Assembly (NCBI RefSeq): GCF_009914755.1
Contig: NC_060928.1
DNA: 64,000 nucleotides
Origin: the human T2T-CHM13v2.0 reference genome, Homo sapiens
Strand: one strand, 5' to 3'
Within the stretch, counting starts at the first letter, position 1. Every line of letters begins with the position of its first letter. This document shows positions 39,009-52,329 of the stretch, piece by piece. Made by a program: the position numbers and the translations under genes. Under the pieces are notes generated by a model. It worked only from the letters and a program-made list of their open reading frames with translations. It made no database searches and was not told the origin of the DNA.

Positions 39009-39984
39009 ATTGCTAGAATTGACATATAAACATGGAATTGCTTGATACTACCATTTATTTCTGGGTGCTACTGATTTATTAGAATGTTAGAATGGCTTTT
39101 GAAGATGCCACTAATATGCCAATTTGTGAATGATATTCTGTAGACTTGAGTGCTCTTCTTCAAGATGTGACATATGTTTTGAACCAAAAGACTTTAAGCA
39201 TAGCTGCATTCCTCCTTGCTAAATATATGGATCTGGAAAGCAATGAGCACTAGTAGAATTGGCCCAGTTACCATCATTTCTAGAACCCATTTGGGAAATG
39301 TTGCTTCCTACATCTACAACTTTAACCTCTATCAGCCTAGAGACTGCAGTTACTGTGGAAGGATACTTCTAGCAAATGACCTGGCCTAATTTCTAATAAA
39401 CCTAAAGCTGTAACAGCTTTCTAGCCATCTTGACACCTCATGATAATAAAGCAGCTGTAAAAAAAAATTCCTACTACCAGGTTTAATGTATACTGTTTAT
39501 CATAAGGAGAAGAGGAGTACTACTAAATAATTAAGACACAGAAGACCTTGTTGAAGCTTGAAGGGACTTACTGAAGTGATTTTTGGTGCTCATATGCTTC
39601 GTGGTATCTGTGAGTGAACATTTGCAGCAAATAGTTTCTGATAAGGGCACAGGAATCAGGGGCTCACCTTTCCAGTTTGAATATCTGGATCACACCAATG
39701 GACAAGTTAACTATACCAGCAGAATTGCTGACTGGTGGGGCAAGGAAATGTGAAATGTGTTGTGCAGGGGAAAAAATGTACAGTATCAGTTAGGATCCTC
39801 AGACCAATTTTATTAACACTTCCTCTAATCTCCCTCTTCCATGTAATTTTAAAGTTTATTATTATTATTGTAGAAAGTACAAATAGCCACCATCTTGAAG
39901 AGTGATTCATGAACTTGAGTGGAATTAATATGAAACAGTTTTCAGATGAGTGTATCTGAGTGTTAAAAGTTGTTTACTGTTGTT

Positions 39985-40824
39985 GACAGTAGAATTCTCT
40001 GCTCATATCATCCAAACACTCACCTATACAAAATTAAGATTGCTTTTATGATTACTTGCATCTCTCTGCCTGAGGATTTTTTCCGGTCATTATATTACAC
40101 TTGGTCTAGGTGCATAACAAGCCAAAGTTGTCACATATTTAAAGTCCCTGAAGTCAGCCCTTAACCAATGATGAGCAGAAGGTTGTTAGACATAACCTAT
40201 CTACCTTACTTCTCAGTTGACATAATTCTGAGGCACAATTTTACCCTTTCCCAGAGTCTCCTAGCCTGGCTTGGATTTTGGAAAAGTTTAGTTGCTAAAT
40301 AGTACATATGTTAATACCTTCCTTTTTTTTTTTTTTTTTTTTGAGACAGAGTCTCACTCTGTCACCTAGGCTGGAGTGCAGTGGCACTACCATGGCTCAC
40401 TGACACCTTGACCTCCCAGGTTCAAGCAATCCTCTCACCTCAACATTCTGAGTAGCTTGGACTACAGGCGTGCACCACCATTCCCAGTCAATTTTTGTAA
40501 TTTTTGTAGATAATAAATATATTTATTTCATAGGGAATAAATATATTTATGTATAGAGTAAATCTATACATAGATTTCGCTGTTTGCCCAGCAAAACCTT
40601 GTCCCTATAAAAATACAAAATTATTTTTTGAACTCCTGGGCTCAAGTGATTTACCTGCCTTGGCCTCTCAAAGTGCTGGGATTACAGGCATGAGCCACTG
40701 CACCCAGCCATTATCTTACTTCCATATTCCCTGCTGGTGTTTATTGAAAGCCTTTCCAAAACAAGTTCCTTGCACATGTGTTCTTTTTTCAGGCCATGTT
40801 CCTGGGTAAACTTCAATTATGACA
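39985..40824 (+). mobile_element. LTR16-like ERVL LTR, interrupted by AluJ
   Basis: GCATCTCTCTGCCTGAGG, CAGCCCTTAACCAATGA, ATAATTCTGAGGCAC…TTCCCAGAGT and 3' end CTGGGTAAACTTCAATTATGACA. Confidence 0.65.
40323..40710 (-). mobile_element. AluJ with rearranged interior
   Basis: Antisense Alu with poly(T); about 60-nt AT-rich insert and an opposite-strand Alu segment in the left arm. Confidence 0.9.
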
Positions 40825-40869
40825 TATGTGGTTATGTATAATACTGGGCAAGCAGTAGGAACAATGAAT

Positions 40870-42100
40870 ATTTTTGGTATGAAAGTTCCTTCGATTATGA
40901 GAAATGTGCTAGAATAATTTATCTGATAGTTCTTCCTCTCAATTTTATCTCTTCTCTTCCTGTAACTCACTTTATTCTTACATTGAGTCTCTTGGCTGAT
41001 CTATTTTTTAATCTATTTTATATCTTTCTCTTGTTTTTTCTATATTCTGGGATAGTTCCACAAACTTACCTTTTGAACATTTCTGTTGTATTTTTGTCTC
41101 TGAAAGTATATTTTTAATACATAAGAGGTTATATTTTGTTTTCATAATATTCCTTTCATATACATTTATGTCCCTTTTTGATAGACCCATTATTTCCTCT
41201 TAATACTCAGAGGATATTAATATTAATAACAGTGTTTAAAGTTGCCATCTCTCTAAAAATCCATGTTTCTTCCAGTTTTTAAATGTGTTTCAGTCTTTCC
41301 TATCAAGGGTTTAATTCAGATGTCTAATGATTCCATTTTTTCTGTTAATACTTGAGAATGAGATTCCAAGTATTGATTAGATTTCGTGAGTATGGATGAT
41401 GCTTGTTTACTAACAGCTTCTGCTAGAATAAGATATATAGACTCTTTCACTGGGAAATCTCGAAGCCAATTTTTAATTCGGATCTTTTTTATCCTCCTTG
41501 GGGCAGTAAGTAAGATCTCCAGAAAAATACATTTTTATCTTCTATACGTTTTCTAGTATTACATTGCCTGGAAGTCTTACATTTCATTGTGAACACTCTT
41601 GCTAAACATCTTGTTTTCAGCAAATGTTTCATATCCCTCAATTCTACCACTTTAATATACTTTCTTATACCTTTCTTAAGAATAGCCCTATATAATTGTA
41701 CCAAGGTGGGATGAAATGTTTACTGGCTATTTAGGGTTACGTAGAGGATCTGCTGTCCTATCTCCTTCTTAAACAGATTTTCATCCAATACTTCCAATTT
41801 AATTCCCCCCTTCACCCTCAATTTGAAGGTCTTTGGATTTCTTTGAGGTTCTGTAGTTCAAATCAATTTGCTTCCAGGGTTTCTCATTGCTGGTTTAATA
41901 CACAGTTTTTTCAGAACTTAGAAAATCAATGCTGTTCTTTATTCTGTTTTCCAGTTTCTATTGTTTTGCAATATACTGTCCTCTTTGAACTTACAGATGC
42001 ATGCCATGTTTGAAAGATAGTTTTATAGTTATCTTAGTGACATTAGAAGAAGGAGGACAGACACATCAATGTTTTCAATTTATCCTCATTTACTAGAACA
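40870..42100 (-). mobile_element. HAL1/L1ME-like 5' region
   Basis: T-rich antisense ORF1-like sequence ending GTTTTCAATTTATCCTCATTTACTAGAAC, resembling the HAL1 5' terminus. Confidence 0.5.
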
Positions 42101-43569
42101 AATATCAAGTATTTCTTTTACTTAAGAGTCAAATAATACAAAAAGTTAAAAGTTATCCCTACGTGCATGCCTTTGCGGTTTTAAAAATTGATTTTGTTCA
42201 GTGACTACATATCATATTGTATAAATTTGATATGTTTTCTGGTTAATATACAGCAACTTAGTTTATCTTTTCAATAACAATAAAAAATTGTTCTTGACTA
42301 AACTGTTTCTGTTATGATAAATATTCACTGCTTAAAGAAAAAGATACAAAAATGAGTGCTTGAAAAATTCCATCTTTGAGTTACTATGTTTACTTTCAGT
42401 TATACTATCCAGCTCTTGATCTTGGCTATTTTTCTTGCTCTTGTAAAAGCCTACAACTCATCTCTTATTCAGTTTAAATCAGAAGACAGTTATTCCATTT
42501 AAATTTGATATTATTAGATAAGTTAGAATGCTACAGTTTGTTTAAAAGTGATGAGCAAAAGATACTGACTGAATAAATAAACTCACTGAAGATACTATTA
42601 AGTATTCTAAGATTAAAGAGTATATCAAATTGAAGTGATAAGAAACTTCTAAGAAAACCTTAAAAAATTATTTGACCCAACTTTAAAAGGAAAAAAACAA
42701 ATATTATATTTTGTGATTTAAGTACAAAACTAAGGTTCTTTCTTATAAGATTACTTTATTTTGAAATTTGGAGTAGGGGACTTAGATTCGGTTATGGATG
42801 TGTATTGAGTTAACATACAACCATTTTTAAATTGTTGGTCTCATTCAAATGTATTTATGTAAAGAGAACAAGGTGAGAGGGGAAAGGTTATTGATACACT
42901 ATTGATACAATGAATCAACATTGGTACAAGGAATGTGAACTAAATAATAAAACACTCCGGATGTTTCAATCCACTGAGTCTATATGACAACAAATGGACA
43001 TCATAGTCTTTAAATTTAATTCACTTTTTAAACAGTTCAGACATGTCAACTTTCATATGTCTTAATATTTTCTTATATATAAATAAGAATTTGAAATATT
43101 GAGGCAGATTACTTAAGAAGTGTTTTCCATTTCATAGTGTGAGTTGTAATCTTACCGTTTGTATTATGACCAATATTACCACAAATATTAACAAATTATA
43201 TTCAATTCTTTATAAATAGAAATAAAGAAAGTACATGGATAAATGAATAGAAAGGTATAAAAATATGATGAATAATATCAAATGCAAGACATAACCTTTA
43301 ATTATACTTAAAAGATTATGGTTAGTACTAAATTCAGTTAATTTTATTCAACATAATGTATTGAGAAATGAAATATTAACTACCTTTTAAATTTATATAC
43401 TTAACACAAACTGCTACCATAGCTAACATCCATATAATACAACTTCTGTTAAATAATTAATAATTAAGTGCATTTCATAACTTTAATAGTTTCAGTATTA
43501 TCCAAGTTATTTCCCTCTATCACACAGGCATATATTTGTTTAAAGAGCCGTATGTCTTGAATATGTGTT

Positions 43570-43958
43570 TGTATTAGTCTGTTCTCACACTGCTATGAAG
43601 AAATACCTGAGACTGGGTAATTTATAAAAAAAAAAAAAAAAAAAGAGGTTTAATTGACTCACAGTTCCACATGGCTAGGGAGACCTCAGGAAACATAGAA
43701 TCATAGTGGAAGGCACCTCTTCACAGAGTGGCAGGAGTGAGAATGACTGACAGCAGGGGAAATGCCAGGTGCTTATAAAACCATCAAATCTCGTGAGAAT
43801 TCACTCACTATGACAAGAACAGCATGGAGAAAACTGCGCCATGATTCAATTCCCTCCCACCTGGTCCTTCCCACATGTGGGGATTATGGGATTCAAGATG
43901 ATATTTGAATACAATTAAAAATGATCTTTGGATTGGGAAACAAAGCCAAACCATATCA
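43570..43958 (-). mobile_element. THE1C-type solo LTR (MaLR) with 5-bp TSD
   Basis: TGTATTAGTCTGTTCTCACACTGCT…GGCACCTCTTCACAG…GCCAAACCATATCA; TSD GTGTT at 43565-43569 and 43959-43963. Confidence 0.94.
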
Positions 43959-45172
43959 GTGTTCAAAGTAAAGGAACAATTTTAATAATTACTTTAGTAG
44001 AAGGAAGAATTTAATTAATAACAATATATAAAATTAAAAATCCTTTCTCTTCACTGGTACTTAGTTACATGTTGAATATATAATATTGAATTTTAAAATA
44101 AATCAAAATATTTTCCACAGAAAAAAAAAGACAATAATTTTTTGAAAGGCAGGTTAATCACTTTCTCTTAATATTTTCTGGTCAAAGTAATGAGATTAAC
44201 TATTTATTGGCATTATCTCTTTTATTTTTTAATTTATTAGCTTTAGAGTTCTAAGAAATGGCTAAGATTTCCATCAAGAAATAATTACATTTGAAGCCTA
44301 ATTTATAAAAATATATTATCTAGGTTAGTATTCACAGTATAGACTTTTTAAATTTTGTTTTCCAACACTCATAAATATTTACTAATCTGTCTGAGAAAGG
44401 AAGAATTTCTGATTAAAACAAAGTTTCCTATAACTTTATTGATAATTAGGTCTAATTGAAAATTTTGCAAAGGAAAACCTATATGGTTGTCATATTATTG
44501 TTCTCCTTTAAATAAAAGAATACAGTAACATATCTACCAATTTTTTTATATAGACCACATCCATTGTGCATAAACCCTGGTAGTAAATTGATTTCATCAC
44601 TGAATTTCATTTTTAAAATCCTTTTCTCAGATCTCTTACCTTGAATCAATACACCAGCCTTTGCTGTCAAAACATCAGAATGTCAATCAAATAAAGTTAT
44701 ATTTTATCAACTAAGAGAAAATAATTGTTAATTTATATCATCAAATAGAAGTCAAATAAGAGAACAGTATGAGATTGAAAGTTGTACTGTCACTTTTATA
44801 CAATAAAATCTGATATTGATTTCCTTACTGCAATATCTGATTCACAACTTGTTAAATAGATTTTCATATGAGTTTTATTCATCACTGCATATGAATGAAG
44901 GACAGTTCTGAAATAATGAAAGTACATTTCACTATTCACTAAAAGGACATTTAGTCACTTTGATTTGTGATGTGAGACTGTGTGTGTTTGCTTATATATG
45001 AACAAAATGTTAGCAGTTAGCTTGTCTTAGGTTCAGCTATTAGAATCAATAATCAGAATTGCTTTCCTGATGCCAAAACTGCAATAAATTATATAGACAA
45101 AAATCAATATGTAGACAAATGTTGTTTTTCATAATTTCTGACTCTGGGAATTATCCTGAAAAGCCAGATACC

Positions 45173-46256
45173 TTTTTTTTTTTTTTTTTTTTACTTTCTA
45201 CTTTTATTTTCAATTCAGGGGTACATTTGCAGCTTTGTTACATGGCTGTATTGTGTAATACTGAGACTTGGGATAGGAATGATCTTGTCACACAGATAGT
45301 GAACATAGTACTCAATAGGAAGTTTTGCAGCCATTCCATCCCTTATCCCCGCACCGCTGTAGTAGTCCCGTGTCTATTGTTCCCAACTTTATGTCTATGT
45401 GCACCCAATGTTCAGCTCCCACTCATAAAATGAGAACATGAGATGTTTGGTTTTCTGTTCCTGCATCAATTTGCTTAGGATAATGGCCTCTAATTACATA
45501 TATGTTGCTGCAAAGGACATGATTTTGTTCTTTTTTATGACTGCATAGTTTTTCATGGTGTATATTTTCTTTATTCAATCCACCATTGATGGGAAACTAG
45601 GTTGACTCCATGTCTTTGTTATTGTCAATAGTGCTATGATGAACATGCAGGGTGTATGTGTCCGTTTGGTAGAACAATTTTTTTTCCTTTGGTAGTTCTG
45701 TTTTAAGTTATTTGAGAAATCTCTAAACTGCTTTCCACAGTGGCTGAACTAATTTACATTTCCACCAACAGTGTATAAGTATCCTCTTTTCTCTGCAGCC
45801 TCTTCAGCATCTGTTATTTTTTGACTTTTTAAAAACGGCCATTCTGACTGGCATGAGATAGCATCTCAATGTGGGTTTCATTTGCATTTCTCTGATAATT
45901 GATGATGTTGAAGACCTTTTAAAATATTTGTTGGCTGCTTGTATGTCTTCTTTTGAGAAGTTTCCATTCATGTCCTTTGCATACTTTTTAATGGGGTGTT
46001 TGTTTTTTGCTTGTTGGATTAAGTTTCTTATAAATTCTGGATATTAGACCTTTTTCAGATGCATAGCTTGTGAAAATTTTTCTCCCATTCTGCTGGTTGT
46101 CTGTTTACTCTGTTGATTGTTTATTTTGCTGTGCGGAGCTCTTCAGTTTAACTAAGTCCCACTTTTCATTTTTGTTTTTCTTGCAATTGTCTTTGAGGAC
46201 TTAACTATAAATTCTTTGCCAAGGTCAATGTCCAGAATGGTATTACTTAGGTCTTC
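45173..46256 (-). mobile_element. 5'-truncated L1PA15/16-type element
   Basis: Poly(T), then CAGGGGTACATTTGCAG…GAACATAGTACTCAATAGG…GTGGCTGAACTAATTTACATTTCCACCAACAGTGTATAAG. Confidence 0.9.
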
Positions 46257-46329
46257 AAAATATCTTTCACATATCAATTCAATTCAACTGAACAATATAA
46301 AATAGTCACATCCGATAAATAATTTTTTT

Positions 46330-46830
46330 CCTTTTGAAAAAATTTTATATTATTTCATATACCTACAGAAAAGTTGTAAAATAGTACAAAATAATGATAG
46401 ATAAACATTCATATATAATTTTCTAAACTGTTAAAGAATAAACTGCACATCTGATAACCATTTAAAAGTAAATATTTTGGTTTCTATTTGCTATAAATGA
46501 AGTACACGGTGACATGTCCATAAACACATGTATTTATATACCCGTATGCCAATTACACTAATGCAGAAAAAATATTTTATCTAATTTACAGCCTTTTTGA
46601 GATTCTATAAATTGTTTTGATAATATTATTGATAGTCCTATAAAATTCAATATTATTTATTGTATTATTTGTCGCATCTCTTTTTTCTTTTTTTTAATCT
46701 GGAAGAATTTCTGTGTCCCTCTTTTGTATATATGACCTTGATATTTTTGACAGGATGTTTACCTTGTAGAATGTCCCATCTTGTGATGTACCCTTTGATT
46801 CTTGATGTGAGTAATTCAGGTTTTACTGTT
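46330..46830 (-). mobile_element. L1MC4/5-like 3' end fragment
   Basis: CCTACAGAAAAGTTGTAAAATAGTACA and ATGACCTTGATATTTTTGA…TTGTAGAATGTCCC. Confidence 0.55.
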
Positions 46831-46849
46831 TTTGTTTATCAATGTCCAG

Positions 46850-49480
46850 TTTTGCCAGATTTTTGTTGATTTAATGGTCTTTCCACAAAGCCAACTATTG
46901 GTCTTACTTATTGTGTTCTGCATTTGATTTTCATTTCAATGATTTCTACTATTTCCTTACTGTTTTTTCTACTTTACTTAGGATTAATTTGCTCTTTCTC
47001 TTTCACACAATTACAGATTTAATTTTATCTTATTTGTATTAATTGATCATTGGCTTTATTGTATTTTATCTAGTCATCTAGCATCAGAAAAAATAATGTT
47101 TTTGTTTATAGGCTTCTTCTATGGCCCATCATATTTTTTTTGATGTGGTATTCAATAAATATAAATTAGTTCAAGTTTATTGACTGGGCTTTTCAAATCA
47201 TCTAATTTCTTTGAGAATCAGTTCAAATAATTTTTCTATTCCAACAATTACAGCAATGTTTTAATACAACCATATTCTAGTACAACAGTGTTACTGAGAA
47301 AGGTTTGTTAACATCTGTGGTAAGAGATAAAATGTCGACGCATGATAAAATAACACATAATATTTTTCATTTTAGTTTTGCTCTATGTATTTATGAGATA
47401 GGTTTAGTTTTTCTCTATGTATTCATGTTATAGGTTTATTGATATGTACATTTAAAATGTAGACTTTGTATATCTACTTGATGAAGTTAATGTTTTCAGT
47501 CCACTGACACTTTATCTTACATTGTACTTTTCAGGATTTGCTATAGCCTTACCACTCTATTTGTTTTTTGTTTATTTAATACATCTTTTATATACTTTAC
47601 CTTTCAACATTTTTCGTTACATTTAAAATGTGTATTTTATACATTTCATATAACTATGATTTATGTTATTTCTGGTTGCCAAACTTTATTTAGAGCATTT
47701 AGTCTAAAGTAAGGTTTTAGTTTATATATACCACATTACTTGTTTATTTTATTTGCTGTATCAATTTTATGCTCCATTTCTCTTCTTTCTTGCTGCATTT
47801 TGAGTTGTCAACATTTTTAAAGTTATAATTTACTGATTACTACATAAAATATTGAAACATAAGTGTTCACTATAAATGAGTAATTTTACATATTCCCATA
47901 CAGTGTAAACAACATGGAAAATTTTAATTCTATTAACTTATCCTGCAATAAACCATTTTGTCATGCATTATAACATTTTGCACTTAACATTTCTTAAAAA
48001 CTATTATTATTGTTATATGTAGTTGATGTTAATTCAGATTTCCTTCAAATTTAGTCATTCTTGTGGTCTTGATTTTAATTTTTTTCTATCTGTATCTCTG
48101 AGATTCTAGCTAGGACCACTTTTCTTTAGGAAAAACAATTATTTAAAATATTTTCCTTGGTTAAGTAGTGCTGACAAATCGGAAATTTTGATTCTCTGAA
48201 AAATATTCAGTATGCCTTCATTTGTATTTGTAATTAATTCATGTATTTCCTTTTAAGATAGGTTTTCACTCTTCATAGAATTCCACTTAGTCAATAATTT
48301 TTAGAACTTTGATCACATTATTCCATTTTATCTTCCATTATTTCTGTGTAGATGCCAGCCATAAGTTTAGGTCTTTTGACAAATTTCTGTATCCTTTATA
48401 TACATCCTGCTTGGGATTTTTAATAATCTTTTAATCGGTGGTTTAATTTCTTTTACTAGTTTTGGAAACATTATACGTATTATGTCTATATATTGCTCCT
48501 TCATATTATTTTCTCTGTGACATTTAAATTGTGCATGTATTAAATAAATGTAGAATATTTATTTATTTATTTCATTACTGTTCTTTTTATTTCTAATTTT
48601 TTTGCCTTTGTTCTGAAAATTTTCTTTTGAGTAATAATTCAGTTCACTATTTCTCTTTCATTTGTGACTAATATACTGCCAATCTCATTTAGCTGATTTC
48701 TAATTTTATATAATGTGGTTTTATTTTTTAGTTTTAGAATTTTTATTGGTGTTATTTTTATATTTTACAGTTCTGTGCCAAAAGTATACTTTTTTCCCTT
48801 TATTTTACGATTTAATCATATATATTTAAAATATGGTGCTTCATATCTTCTAATATTTGGATAATTTTTTAGTTTTTTTATTTGACATGTTTTCAATGGG
48901 TTATAAATAACATCTTATTTCTATTTCTAGCTATATTTCATCAAATGCTTGGTATTATAAATATAGCTTGTGTAAACTGTTTGTTTCTACTAATAATATT
49001 TTTCTCCAAAACAATTTTTTGCAAGTTTTAGTTTAAAAGCAAATAGATTCATGTGGGGGTAGGGATAATTTAATGTTCAGCCCTAATTTGAAGGTTGGTC
49101 TTTCTTTGTTCAGTGATAATTTTTAGGGTTTAGACCTTCTAGATTCAAACAAACAAACAAACAAACCAAAAAGCAAATTGCTTAAGCAATGGAGGGATGA
49201 AAGAAGGTTCTTGAGATTCAGAGCTTATTGAGTATATTTTCTCAGTATCAAATCTGCAGAAACGTCCTTTCAATTTTCTAACATTTCTTTCCCTAATTTT
49301 GCAACTAGTAATTGTTCATTGGAAAATATTTTAATTTTTGCTGCTTTCCTTTTCTTAACTTCTAAAATCTCATTAACTCTCTAGCTCTCTGATGTTTTCA
49401 ATCCAATTTTCAACATATTTTGTATAATTTTTATATGTGTTCATATTGGGAAGACTACCTAGCAATAGTAAATAGCACAT
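46850..49480 (-). mobile_element. Ancient L1ME-like ORF2-start/ORF1/5' fragments
   Basis: Strongly T-rich; GGTCTTTCCACAAAGCCAACT…TTAATTTGCTCTTTC (ORF2) and CTGACAAATCGG…TGCCTTCAT…CATAGAATTCCAC (ORF1 end); boundaries approximate. Confidence 0.6.
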
Positions 49481-50215
49481 TGGAATAAACAATCTAGCAA
49501 TAGTAAAACTTTGGAAAGTAAAACTTTCATCAAGTGTTTGTAATGTACAGTTTTTATCTATATTTTATAATCACAATGTATAATATGTAGATATTATAAT
49601 GTCATATATAACACATGGAAACCCTAAAGTAGAAACTTTATAAGTACCTTTACTTCTTTCAATGCAATTTCTAGATGAAACATAAAACTTTGATCAATTT
49701 TATTGTGACAAATAATTTTGAATAACAGCACCATGTGCCAGAAATAAGCTTACAAATGATTTAAATATGCAATATACATATTTTTCTTTTTTCACTATGA
49801 ACTCTACATTCTGCTTTTTCTCACAAGACTTCTAAAGATAATCATTATTCAAAATATGTATTAATTACAATTTTAAGTATAAAATATTCTATTTGAAATT
49901 ACCAACCTAACATAATACAACTGAAAATTGATACATATTGTTAAAGGTCAAAGTACATTTAGTTTACAATAATTTCGTTGACATGCATAATCCATAATCT
50001 GAAAAAAGATAATAGGCTATTATAACTCTTCTTTAATGAAGCTACTAAAGCAAAGAGAGTTTTATGTTCGAACTCTTCAAACATGCATCACTCATAAGCA
50101 TATGCCTTTTCCCAGATGTGCAATTCATGCTGAAGAGCAGTTCTTGGAATGCTTTTGCAATAAGGTCCTTCAACTTCACAAAGAATCATTCAAATAAATA
50201 CTCTGGGATTATTTT

Positions 50216-50410
50216 ATTTATTTTTTTTAATTATACTTTAAGTTCTAGGGTACATGTGCACAATGTGCAGGTTTGTTACATATGTATACATATGCCATGT
50301 TGGTGTGCTGCACCCATTAACTCGTCATTTACATTAGGTATATCTCCTAATGCTATCCCTTCTCCCTCCCCCCACCCCACTACAGGCCCCAGTGTTTGAT
50401 GTTCCCCACA
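50216..50410 (-). mobile_element. Short young L1PA (about PA4) 3' end with 14-bp TSD
   Basis: TTATACTTTAAGTTCTAGGGTACATGTGCACAATGTGCAGG…TTTACATTAGGTATATCTCCTAATGC; TSD TCTGGGATTATTTT at 50202-50215 and 50411-50424. Confidence 0.95.
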
Positions 50411-50424
50411 TCTGGGATTATTTT

Positions 50425-50470
50425 TGTGTGTGCGTGCGTGCGTGCGTGCATGCATGTGTGTGTGTGTGCG
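50425..50470. repeat. (TG)n/(TGCG)n alternating purine-pyrimidine microsatellite
   Basis: TGTGTGTGCGTGCGTGCGTGCGTGCATGCATGTGTGTGTGTGTGCG. Confidence 0.9.
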
Positions 50471-52329
50471 TTTCTTCCCAAAATGGTATCTATTCATTCT
50501 AATTATTTGCTTTTACATGAACAGTTTTTAAAATAGATACATCACTGCAGATAACTAAAAATGTGGATGTGTAAATGTCAGATGCTCCACCTAAGTACAA
50601 TTTTATGATTAATTTTATGTTGATATTATTTTTATCAATTACATAAAAATATGTTATGCTTTTGATATGAAAATATGGTTTTATTTTCAGTGACATGAAA
50701 TCTGGAAGTCAACAAAGAATCATTATTTTAATGATGCAATTTTTTTAGTTTATTTTACTATTTTCTTTCATTCTTGTTTTCATTATCAAAAATAGGAGAT
50801 ATATAAATGAACTTTAAACACAGATTAGCGTAAAAATCAGCATCTTAATATGTATTTGAATTATTTTCTCATTTTTAAATCCCCACACGTTTTTGTACCT
50901 TTTGTCATTTCCATTGTATATGTTTCTATTTATAAAACACTTAAGTGGAGAAAATAATGCTACTTGTTTATCTGAAAACTGTCTTTCTACATAAAATAAA
51001 GGTCAAGGTAAATTTAACCAAAAAACTGTAAAAGCATCTATATTTTTTAAGTTGTAAAATTTTGCTTTTGTCTCCTTCCCAATAACAATAATCTCTAACA
51101 ATACTATTCTGAGAGTTGTTTATCAAAATGGGTAAATTATTATAGAGAAAAACAGAGCATGCACAGTTCAACTAAACAACATAAAATGAAACTATATAAT
51201 AAAAATGTATATGAATGACAACTGTACCGAGTCATCAATAAGGACAAAACGTATTCTTCCATGACAGATGCAACTGGTATCATTTAATCAGTATTCATGG
51301 GTAAATATGAGACAAATATTATTGTGATCAAACATTTTCTAAATAAAGTTTAATGTTTCATATTATTAAAAAGTTCCTCATTCTGATTTGTTATTAAATT
51401 TTGTGTACTCAATACCAAACTCAATATCTTGAATATAGTAGACACAGCTGCATGCTTCAGATATTTTATTCCATTGTATTTTGTTCCATCATATTTAATT
51501 ATATTTACTTTCCGAGATAAAGGGATCAGAAATATTATTAAATGTTAAGTATAGATGCCCATTTTTTAATAACAATAGAAAGACTTCTAGGTAAGCATAG
51601 AAACATGAACACATTTTTTTCTTCGATGAAACCTCAATAAAATAACTGTAAGGGGATTTTTTTGATGATGCACTAACCTACAAAGAATAAAGTTGTGGAT
51701 GAGCAAATTTAAGCATTAGAGATACATAATGAAAAGAGCTACAAACATAAAATTTATATGGGTATGTGTTAACTGCCATTTTGGACCTGAGAAACCAAAA
51801 CATAAATGCCTAATAGGAGAAAGAAGTAAAGAGTCTAGAAATAAACTGTATCACACAATGGAACTCTGAATGGTTTCAGCAGTTTTGGTCACTATACCCA
51901 TTTAAAAGTGCGGTTAAAAGTGTATCTGAAAACATTTAAATCCTACAAAGAAAATTACTAGGTGCCTTTTCTCTACCTGCTAGAACTTTGGAGTCTTGCT
52001 CTTTGCAGGTGTTCAAACAGCAATACAGTACATTAAGGGCATGGAACTTGGTGAAGACAGAGATGTTATATAGGAAATACAGGGAATCATGTGAAAGTCT
52101 GGGTGATCAATTTCTCCAATTTATTTCCCTTGGCTACAGTAAACACACAATCAGATTACTCCTGGTTCGCTGATACTCCACCCTCACCTCCACTCCTACT
52201 ACTACCAGTAACTAGACAAAGATACCTCTCTGTTACAACCAAGGAGAACAATAAACCAATGATTGCACTCATCAAGTGAAATGACTGAGTGCCTACCTAG
52301 TAACTTAAACTTAAGTCCTCTAGTCTATA

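Larger units (their letters stand above)
37790..39950 (+). mobile_element. ERVL-class internal relic (integrase and 3' internal; ERV3-16A3/HERV16-like), interrupted by two AluJ
   Basis: Integrase-like ACTTGGTAACAAGTTAATTG, TATTCAAGGTATGACTTTGACTTTCCTG, AGCATTGCCTTAGACCAAGAGGCCCATTT; followed by an LTR16-like LTR. Confidence 0.72.
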
